In this document: piece by piece, positions 7,319 through 13,721 of the stretch | Layout of the letters: every line of letters begins with the position of its first letter | Position numbering within the stretch: the first letter of the stretch is position 1 | Origin: Candidatus Altiarchaeales archaeon IMC4 | Lineage (GTDB): Archaea; Altiarchaeota; Altiarchaeia; IMC4 | Reading direction: 5' to 3' | DNA: 17,164 bases | Assembly (NCBI GenBank): GCA_001742785.1 | Contig: MCBF01000001.1 | Location: 109,960-127,123, forward strand | Translations under genes and position numbers: made by a program | Notes under the pieces: model-generated | The model's input: only the letters and a program-made list of their open reading frames with translations | Database searches by the model: none | What the model was told of the DNA's origin: nothing

Positions 7319-8879
7319 GGCAGTTAGAATTCTGGCAGTTGTTTTAATGGTTTTGTTCAGCGGATGCGTTGAAAAGCAATATTTCTTTCCAACGCAAAAA
7401 GAAACAGTCACAACTTATATGGATGCGTTATTAGGGGGCAGATTAGTAGTAGACGATGGTGGATGTCTTCGCGTGAATGGGTATCTGCTGGTATGGCCTT
7501 ATGGGTTTTCACTAAGCACTTTCAATGATATGAAAGAATTACAAATCCTCGACAATGATGGTAAGTATGTAACACAACTAGGACATAATATCAGAGTTAG
7601 CGGCGGCGAAATATCAGGCGACGATAGCGGAAACGTATCTGCATATTCCACGCAGTTGCCGAGTGATCGCTGCATGGGACCTTACTGGATTGTTGGAAAT
7701 GAGATAGCAGAAGTCGAAGAAAAACCAAAACAAATCACAGAACCCCAGGCGATCGCAATAGCCAACGCAACCGAGGAAGCGCAGGAGTTTTTGAAGTTGT
7801 ATCCTGATGCTAAAACTAATGTTGTTTCAATACCATCAATGACTCCACCAACATCTTTAGGCATAATCGCTTTGGATAATGGAAGTATTAGATTAAATTG
7901 GAGTGCTCCACTTGGTGGACCCGTGGCACAATATAACATCTATAGAACGACAAACACGGGAGATACATATGGTCATGACTTCTTTTCAGCTTCCCCCTAT
8001 ACTGCCATAAATGGAACAGAATTTATTGATAACAAGGTAACTATTGGAACTGATTATTTCTATATAATTCGTGCAGAAGATGTTAAAGGAAATATAGAAA
8101 CCAATCTGAATGAAGTGACTGCAACATCTGCTTCTGGAGCACCAGTATCTAATTTAACCGCTACTACTTTATCAAATGGACATATTGAATTAAATTGGAA
8201 CTGTGTTAATGATAGTAATGTGTTACAATACTTGATTTATCGTGCCACATATAGAGGAGGGCAAGATTTTTTTGGAGGCCCACATGGTATAACTATAAAT
8301 ACCACATATATTGACACATATGTAACACATGGAGAGCAATATTACTATGTTGTTGTACCCATATACACAAATGGTATGATAGGATATAATACAAATGAGG
8401 TTGGCATAACATCTCTCAATTATTCAAAAATACTCGCTTCATTTGGAACAGAATGGTATGATATGATATGGCAAGTTGAAGACAAAGAAGTAAAATGTTC
8501 TAAGAGAATTGATAAACTGACATGGGTTGTTGTTTATCATAAAACCGATGCATGGAAATCACCAAATGCCGTTGCCGTTAAAATCGGCATTGACGCAGAG
8601 ACGGGCGAAATCATTGCAAAATCTCCGAAACTTGAATATATCAAAGATTCAACTTACTGTGAGAAAGATGAAGATTGTAGGATATCGATTAAAAACTGTT
8701 CTTGTAACAATTATTACAATGACATAAGACCCCCTATAAAACTGGTGATAAGATGTGATGAGGAGGGAATTTGTATGACTGTCCCACTACCACAAGAGGA
8801 GAATTGTGATTTTAGAGAACTTAGAATTAGTTGCAAATGCGTAAACAACACATGCGCATCGGGGGAGAACCCGCCATAA
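7302..8879 (+). CDS. Multidomain surface lipoprotein: lipobox, unknown N-terminal domain, two fibronectin type III domains, PepSY-like halves and a Cys-rich C-terminus
   Basis: Signal peptide ending VLFSG-C22. FN3-type patterns PPTSL...IRLNWSAP...YNIYR...FID...YFYIIRA and PVSNLTA...IELNWN...YLIYR...YID...YYYVV. Also VKIGIDAETGEII and a C-terminal segment with 10 Cys. Confidence 0.8.
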   Translation: MQSAKLAVRILAVVLMVLFSGCVEKQYFFPTQKETVTTYMDALLGGRLVVDDGGCLRVNGYLLVWPYGFSLSTFNDMKELQILDNDGKYVTQLGHNIRVSGGEISGDDSGNVSAYSTQLPSDRCMGPYWIVGNEIAEVEEKPKQITEPQAIAIANATEEAQEFLKLYPDAKTNVVSIPSMTPPTSLGIIALDNGSIRLNWSAPLGGPVAQYNIYRTTNTGDTYGHDFFSASPYTAINGTEFIDNKVTIGTDYFYIIRAEDVKGNIETNLNEVTATSASGAPVSNLTATTLSNGHIELNWNCVNDSNVLQYLIYRATYRGGQDFFGGPHGITINTTYIDTYVTHGEQYYYVVVPIYTNGMIGYNTNEVGITSLNYSKILASFGTEWYDMIWQVEDKEVKCSKRIDKLTWVVVYHKTDAWKSPNAVAVKIGIDAETGEIIAKSPKLEYIKDSTYCEKDEDCRISIKNCSCNNYYNDIRPPIKLVIRCDEEGICMTVPLPQEENCDFRELRISCKCVNNTCASGENPP

Positions 8880-8893
8880 TCAGTGATTGTAAA

Positions 8894-9184
8894 ATGTACC
8901 TAAAAATCCACAAAAAACAGGGTGAGGCAGTAGTTGCGGCATGCGACAGGGAGCTTCTTGGAAAAACGCTTTCAGAAGGGGAAATGGAATTTGAGGTACT
9001 TGAAAAGTTCTACGGCGGCGACCTGGCGGACATATCAAGGCTTCCGGCAGTTATTTGCGAGGCCACAATCGCAAACCTCATTGGCAATAAGGTTGTTGAA
9101 AAAGCAGTCGAGGGCGGGTTTGTTGAAAAAGACAAGATTATCGAAATCGCGGGCGTGAAACACGCGCAGGTTATCGTTATTTGA
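8894..9184 (+). CDS. DUF424 family protein
   Basis: MYLKIH...VVAACDRELLGK...FYGG...ATIANLIGNKVV...IAGVKHAQ matches the archaeal DUF424 pattern. ATG 8894 is chosen because the ORF-track start at 8831 lies inside the previous gene. Confidence 0.9.
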   Translation: MYLKIHKKQGEAVVAACDRELLGKTLSEGEMEFEVLEKFYGGDLADISRLPAVICEATIANLIGNKVVEKAVEGGFVEKDKIIEIAGVKHAQVIVI

Positions 9185-9190
9185 GGTGAT
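9183..9190 (+). promoter_or_regulatory. Shine-Dalgarno site (GAGGTGAT) for the GT2 gene, overlapping the DUF424 stop codon
   Basis: GAGGTGAT ends 3 nt before ATG 9194. Confidence 0.7.
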
Positions 9191-9193
9191 AAA

Positions 9194-9883
9194 ATGGACA
9201 TAACCGTTGTTATACCGACATTAAACGAGGAAAAGTACATAAGGAGGTGTATAGAATCGCTTCGCAACCAAACGAGGAAGTGCCAGATAATCGTGGTTGA
9301 CTCGGGAAGCGACGATAAAACGCGAATAATCGCCGCACGGCACGCCGATCTTGTCCTGAGGGGCCAGAGGAATATTGCATATAACAGGCAAATAGGGGCA
9401 GAGAACGCCTATGGCTCCATCGTCGTTACAACGGATGCGGACTGCTTTCACCCGGCGGACTGGCTGGAAAACCTATGCGGGCATTTTGACGATAGCGATG
9501 TCGTGTGCGTATCCGGGCCGACCATGCCCATCCCTGAAGAAGGCAACGTGCTTGACCGGTTCTGCTACGAAAGCACCAACTATCTGCTCAAAGTGCTGAA
9601 CGACGTTTTCAAAAAAGCGCTGTTCCGCGGAAGCAACACGGCTTACAGGAAGGATGCGTTCTTCAGGGCGGGCGGCTACAACACACGCCTCAGGTCAAGG
9701 GAGGATTCGGACATTACGATGAGGATTTCGAAAATCGGAAAAACCGTTTTCGACATGGACGCCTTGGTTTACACATCGATGCGCAGAAGGAAAAAACTCG
9801 GCTGGCTAAAGACGATCCGGTATTATCTCGACACGCCGATTTCGATGATTACGGGAAAGCAGTATTATGAAGAGGCCAGATGA
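9194..9883 (+). CDS. Glycosyltransferase family 2 (GT-A fold)
   Basis: ITVVIPTLNEE, IIVVDSGSDDKT, DxD motif TDAD, GSNTAYRK...GGY, ED motif and TSMRR. Confidence 0.93.
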   Translation: MDITVVIPTLNEEKYIRRCIESLRNQTRKCQIIVVDSGSDDKTRIIAARHADLVLRGQRNIAYNRQIGAENAYGSIVVTTDADCFHPADWLENLCGHFDDSDVVCVSGPTMPIPEEGNVLDRFCYESTNYLLKVLNDVFKKALFRGSNTAYRKDAFFRAGGYNTRLRSREDSDITMRISKIGKTVFDMDALVYTSMRRRKKLGWLKTIRYYLDTPISMITGKQYYEEAR

Positions 9884-9915
9884 AATGCAAAATTCAAAGT
9901 GCAAATTGAAAAATA
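9881..9915 (+). repeat. Degenerate heptamer tandem array B
   Basis: TGAAATG-CAAAATT-CAAAGTG-CAAATTG-AAAAATA, beginning at the GT2 stop codon. Positions 9880-9905 match 7283-7308 at 23 of 26 nt. Confidence 0.75.
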
Positions 9916-9957
9916 CGATCGGGGTTTCTATTTATCCCCTCTTTTCTATATTGTAAT

Positions 9958-11013
9958 ATGAAGCCGATAAAATATCTTGCACTGCTGGCGATTCTTGTTT
10001 TAACTTCAGGGTGCGTTAATGCACAGGAAGGTGGGGAACGTGGAAAAATACTTTTCTATGAAATCGGGTCGTCGGCTGATTACGGTTCTTCAACTGGTTA
10101 CTCGGAATTCGCCGATCAACTTAAAAAAAGAGGTTACAATATAGCCGCATTAGTAGGGGGTGAAATAACAGGAGAAAAATTACAATATTATGACGTTCTG
10201 ATCATACCAAATATGAACGCATCTCTCACCCCAGATGAGATGGCAACCGTGCTTTCTTTCGTGATACGGGACGGTAAGGGAGTATTTATAACCGTGGGTT
10301 CACCAAGTGCTACGAATCAACTGACCATACTGTTTGGTATAAGGGTTGATTCGTCGGGTAAACTAATTGATGTGGAAAATCAACTCATAGGGGACGATAG
10401 TAAATATCACTTCGCAATAACCCGCTTCTCTGACGACCCTACCATAAGAACGATACGACAGGGCATAAACCAACTTGGATTTTATGGTGGTTCTGGTTTA
10501 TACCTGACTGGCAACGCAAAATTTGCTGCTGCTGCAAGTAGGTCTACTTATTCAACAACCGGGACATTTCCACTTGGAAGTATCCCCCCCGTAGTAGCCG
10601 CATCTCGTCTTGGGGATGGTTCAATATTTGTAGGTTCCGACCCTGACATGTTCAAAAATGAGAATATAGAAAGGTATGACAATATGAGGTTTGCGACCAA
10701 CGTTATTGAGTGGTTGGAGCCCACTTGTTGTATTCCAGAGAACAAAACACCCAACGATATGGTACGTGAACTAACAATAGAGAAGAACAGGTTGAACAGG
10801 GAAAATGAAATTCTTGATGCCGAGAAAACGATGCTTCAGGAGCCGGTGAATGCCTTGGATGACCAAATCGGTAAGTTAGATGAAGGTGTCGATACATGCC
10901 ATGGCGCAATGCAATATAATTATGTGGCCATCGGCGCAATCTGCGCTTCAATAATCATCTTTGGAATATGTGTCCTGCTCGCCGCCATAATCTATTCTTC
11001 GAGAAAGAAATAA
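9958..11013 (+). CDS. Lipoprotein with DUF4350/GldG/IFT52 (GIFT)-like domain, coiled coil and C-terminal TM anchor
   Basis: Lipobox LTSG-C. GIFT-like pattern KILFYE...YSEFADQLKKRGY...LQYYDVLII...LTPDEM...GKGVFI...PVVAASRLGDGSIFVGSDPDMF...DNMRFATNVIEWL. Heptad-rich stretch, then TM YVAIGAICASIIIFGICVLLAAIIY followed by RKK. Confidence 0.78.
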   Translation: MKPIKYLALLAILVLTSGCVNAQEGGERGKILFYEIGSSADYGSSTGYSEFADQLKKRGYNIAALVGGEITGEKLQYYDVLIIPNMNASLTPDEMATVLSFVIRDGKGVFITVGSPSATNQLTILFGIRVDSSGKLIDVENQLIGDDSKYHFAITRFSDDPTIRTIRQGINQLGFYGGSGLYLTGNAKFAAAASRSTYSTTGTFPLGSIPPVVAASRLGDGSIFVGSDPDMFKNENIERYDNMRFATNVIEWLEPTCCIPENKTPNDMVRELTIEKNRLNRENEILDAEKTMLQEPVNALDDQIGKLDEGVDTCHGAMQYNYVAIGAICASIIIFGICVLLAAIIYSSRKK

Positions 11014-11028
11014 TCGAGATTGTCCTCT

Positions 11029-11051
11029 CATTTTGCGCTTTGCACTTTGAA
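11029..11051 (-). repeat. Degenerate heptamer tandem array C (inverted relative to A and B)
   Basis: The minus strand reads TT-CAAAGTG-CAAAGCG-CAAAATG. Positions 11039-11051 are the exact reverse complement of 9893-9905 (TTCAAAGTGCAAA). Confidence 0.75.
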
Positions 11052-11059
11052 ATTCCAAC

Positions 11060-11719
11060 ATGAAGGCAGTAATATTCGACGTAGATGGAACGCTGATCGA
11101 CTCCGTGGAGATGATCTGGGAAAAGCACAAAAAGATTGCAGGGCTTCTTGGCCTGAAAGTCCCTTCCAAAAGAGGATTTTTGTCGAAGGTCGGCAAGCCG
11201 TGGGAAACGATAATCAGGGAATTGTGGCCCGGAATAAAGCCGCATGAGTTCATGGATTTCTATCGCGAAAACGTCAGTTACCTGCTGATTCCTGCCGTAG
11301 ACGGAACGTCTGAAACATTGCAATCGCTAAAGAAAAACTATCGCATTGCGATAATGACCTCCAAGGACAGCCAGACGCTTTTCAGGCACCTTCTGGATGC
11401 TGGCATAGACAAGTCCGTTTTCGACATTATCCATCACGAAAACTCGCTGAGAAACCACAAGCCGCACCCGGATGCACTTTTTCAGGTCTGCGAAGAACTT
11501 GGCATAAAACCTCAAGAAGCGGTTTATGTCGGGGATTCGGTGATTGACGCACAGTGCGCGATATCGGCGGGCGTGAATTTTATCGGGGTTTTGACAGGGG
11601 CAGCGGATAAGGAAGATTTTGAGAAACTGGGCGTGAAATCAGTGGGTTCGATAAAGGATGTTCCGGGATTTATCCGTATTAGAAAGGCATACCTTTCTAA
11701 TAGGACACAATTTCACTGA
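11060..11719 (+). CDS. HAD-superfamily hydrolase (phosphoglycolate phosphatase-like, subfamily IA)
   Basis: Motif I FDVDGTLIDS, motif II MTSK, motif III KPHP, motif IV YVGDSVID. Confidence 0.93.
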   Translation: MKAVIFDVDGTLIDSVEMIWEKHKKIAGLLGLKVPSKRGFLSKVGKPWETIIRELWPGIKPHEFMDFYRENVSYLLIPAVDGTSETLQSLKKNYRIAIMTSKDSQTLFRHLLDAGIDKSVFDIIHHENSLRNHKPHPDALFQVCEELGIKPQEAVYVGDSVIDAQCAISAGVNFIGVLTGAADKEDFEKLGVKSVGSIKDVPGFIRIRKAYLSNRTQFH

Positions 11720-11729
11720 GAGTGAAATT
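11672..11729. repeat. Double-hairpin element, copy 2: ATCCG-stem-GGACAC-stem, overlapping the HAD gene 3' end
   Basis: ATCCG 11672-11676; perfect 11-bp stem TATTAGAAAGG/CCTTTCTAATA (11677-11702, loop CATA); GGACAC 11703-11708; perfect 9-bp stem AATTTCACT/AGTGAAATT (11709-11729, loop GAG). Confidence 0.8.
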
Positions 11730-11730
11730 C

Positions 11731-12093
11731 TTATTGAAGGTCTTTGAATTTCTGCCAGATGCCCGCGATTTCGTTCAGCCTGAGCGAAAAATTATCAGAA
11801 ACGTATAACTGGTGGTCCATGACCGCCTTGTTGTATCTCTTTTCGACCATCCCCGCGTTTTTAAGTTTTTTCAGCATGTTGTGGTAGGTGCTCTGAGTGA
11901 TTTCTGCCTTTTCGCAGTAGCCTTGCCACCCCGAAACCCTGTACGAGGATTCGGTGTTCTGCCACTGTTTTATGTGCCCCAGAAAATCAAGGGCAACGGG
12001 AACGAGGGATTTCTCCTTCCAGAAGGCCTGTTCAAGCAGTTCCTCGACGTTTGCCGGCGTTTTTCCGATTTCAAGTTTTGTCATATTCATCAT
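11731..12093 (-). CDS. Hypothetical protein with probable winged helix-turn-helix
   Basis: 120-aa ORF. The segment CEKAEITQSTYHNMLKKLKNAGMVEKRY resembles a wHTH recognition helix and wing. The start could be any of three nearby ATGs. Confidence 0.7.
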   Translation of the reverse strand: MMNMTKLEIGKTPANVEELLEQAFWKEKSLVPVALDFLGHIKQWQNTESSYRVSGWQGYCEKAEITQSTYHNMLKKLKNAGMVEKRYNKAVMDHQLYVSDNFSLRLNEIAGIWQKFKDLQ

Positions 12094-12228
12094 TATTCCA
12101 CGTTACATTAAAATAATAAGTAGACTAATATAAAAATAAAAAGAGAGGATATTTGTTATTGCAAGATAAGGTGAAATAACAAACGAAAAGATTAAATAAA
12201 ATCCGATAAGAAAAAATCCTTAAAAAAC

Positions 12229-12243
12229 CGAAAGCTTTTTATA
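12229..12243 (+). promoter_or_regulatory. Archaeal BRE plus TATA box upstream of the YIP1 gene
   Basis: CGAAAG-C-TTTTTATA, a purine-rich BRE immediately 5' of a TATA box, in an AT-rich intergenic region. AGGTGA ribosome-binding site at 12311-12316. Confidence 0.65.
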
Positions 12244-12247
12244 CCCC

Positions 12248-12269
12248 TATGTTAAATATATCTAACATA
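12248..12269. promoter_or_regulatory. Operator-like palindrome just downstream of the TATA box
   Basis: TATGTTA-A-ATATAT-C-TAACATA, a 22-bp dyad with a single mismatched pair. Confidence 0.6.
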
Positions 12270-12320
12270 TAGTTGTAAACAGATAACAAATAATTAGAAA
12301 TAAATAACAAAGGTGAAAAA

Positions 12321-12854
12321 ATGCAAATGATTGATATTGACCGCATAAAGCGGGCGGTTATGATGGATGAAAAGGTGTACGCTGAAATCGCAAGTGATAA
12401 GGAAGCGCTGCCCCAGGCCGTTGTTGTTGTCGTTTTGGCAATGATAATCGGGGGGTTATCTGGTATAATCCTGAGCGGTGGGCTGTATCTACTACTTGTT
12501 CCACTACTTATAGTGACGTGGGTTATCATAACTGGGATAATGCACATAATCGCCAAGGTATTGGGCGGAAAGGCAGACTTCGTTAGTTATCTCAAGGCGA
12601 TTGGTTTTGGGCAAGCCCCTGGCGCACTTGAAGTGATACCCTATCTCGGATTGCTGATCGGAGTCGTATGGTCTGTTGCCGGCTGCGTTGTAGCGACAAA
12701 ATCAGTCCATCAGTTGTCTACCGGAAAGGCCGTAGTTGTTGTTTTTGTGCCAGTTGCAATACTCGCTATAGTATTATTAGTGGTAGCGGTACTAATCGGA
12801 ATCGGGTTTGGGGCGTTTTATGCGATGGAAGATCCGATGATAGCGGGGTACTAA
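12321..12854 (+). CDS. YIP1-family membrane protein
   Basis: Amphipathic N-terminus (YAEIASDKEALPQAVVVV), about 5 TM helices, AKVLGGKADF...KAIGFGQAP, and VHQLSTGKAVVV. Confidence 0.8.
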   Translation: MQMIDIDRIKRAVMMDEKVYAEIASDKEALPQAVVVVVLAMIIGGLSGIILSGGLYLLLVPLLIVTWVIITGIMHIIAKVLGGKADFVSYLKAIGFGQAPGALEVIPYLGLLIGVVWSVAGCVVATKSVHQLSTGKAVVVVFVPVAILAIVLLVVAVLIGIGFGAFYAMEDPMIAGY

Positions 12855-12871
12855 ATAGATAATGAAAACAT

Positions 12872-12982
12872 TAGACATGTTGCTTAATAAGCCAAAATTC
12901 GACCTCTGCATAGCGGTTTTGGGCAAAAAGCCAAAAAACCGCCACAGCATAGCGAAAAATGAGTTATTTCGCAATAAGTCTA
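12872..12982. mobile_element. Putative MITE-like imperfect palindrome (111 bp)
   Basis: Terminal inverted repeats TAGACATGTTGCTTAATAA and (reverse complement) TAGACTTATTGCGAAATAA match at 15 of 19 nt. Internal stem GCGGTTTTGGGC/GCCAAAAAACCGC. No transposase in the window. Confidence 0.5.
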
Positions 12983-13026
12983 TTACTAAATAGGAGGATA
13001 CTGACCGATTTTGTTTTAGGTGAAAA

Positions 13027-13470
13027 ATGAAAAACGAACAAATGGATAACACGAAAGACAACATAAAAAGAAATGTGCAATCACGTTATCTACAGGTGAT
13101 GATGGGTTTGTTTTTAATTACCGTGGATATATTCCTTTCGTATTACAACAACGATTCCAACGATTCTCCAGGATTCCTTACATTACTTGGAATTATCATG
13201 GTAATTTACTACGGATATGAAATCATTCGATACAAAAGAACAGGTGAAATACGAATAAGAATTGACGAACTGACGGAATTGAACAGGTTAAGGGCAATTG
13301 ATGTTGGATTTAAGTTTCTTACCCTTTCAATACTCGTAGTAATGATATTGTCTCTTGAAGAAAAGATGGGTGCAACAGAAACATTGTATCTTATATATGC
13401 TGCTTTTTTTGTTGCATGTCTTTTGTTCATCCTATTTTATTACATCATTTATGGGAAACTATCAAAATGA
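13027..13470 (+). CDS. DUF2178-like membrane protein
   Basis: Four hydrophobic segments with a central DELTELNRLRA motif (DER-like) and an AGGTGA ribosome-binding site at 13018-13023. It sits directly upstream of a small XRE regulator, the usual context for this family. Confidence 0.7.
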   Translation: MKNEQMDNTKDNIKRNVQSRYLQVMMGLFLITVDIFLSYYNNDSNDSPGFLTLLGIIMVIYYGYEIIRYKRTGEIRIRIDELTELNRLRAIDVGFKFLTLSILVVMILSLEEKMGATETLYLIYAAFFVACLLFILFYYIIYGKLSK

Positions 13471-13523
13471 AAAACGAAGAAAATTCGCAGGAAAATAAAT
13501 TTAATTCCGGTTTGAAAGTTTAA
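13467..13523 (+). pseudogene. 18-codon mini-ORF or stub of a second DUF2178-like gene (MKNEENSQENKFNSGLKV)
   Basis: ATGA overlap with the upstream stop codon. AAAATGAAAAACGAA at 13464-13478 is identical to 13024-13038 at the start of the upstream gene. Confidence 0.35.
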
Positions 13524-13526
13524 AGG

Positions 13527-13721
13527 ATGAAAACCCGCATCAAAGAACTTCGGGCGAGGTACGATTTAACACAGGAAGGTCTCGCAAGCAAAGTCGGGGT
13601 TCGGCGGGAGACCATAGTTTTCCTTGAGAAGGGGAAATACAACCCGTCGCTCAAACTGGCACATGACATAGCAAAAGCCCTTAACTCAAAAATCGACGAG
13701 TTGTTTATTTTCGATGATTGA
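13527..13721 (+). CDS. XRE/Cro-C1 family helix-turn-helix transcriptional regulator
   Basis: [49 protein letters not shown] is a canonical small XRE (COG1476-type) sequence. Confidence 0.95.
   Translation: MKTRIKELRARYDLTQEGLASKVGVRRETIVFLEKGKYNPSLKLAHDIAKALNSKIDELFIFDD

Noticed and set aside
8831..8893. Longer TTG start for DUF424
   Set aside because: It overlaps the lipoprotein gene's 3' end, and the family-like sequence begins at ATG 8894.
11677..11729. Simple bidirectional terminator between convergent genes
   Set aside because: The position fits, but there is no adjacent U-tract. The identical ATCCG/GGACAC linkers also recur at 7231-7262 between co-oriented genes, so a terminator alone does not explain it. 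A secondary terminator role is not excluded.
12184..12200. Second BRE/TATA-like sequence CGAAAAGATTAAATAAA
   Set aside because: It is plausible but indistinguishable from chance in this very A-rich spacer. The 12229-12243 site fits better.
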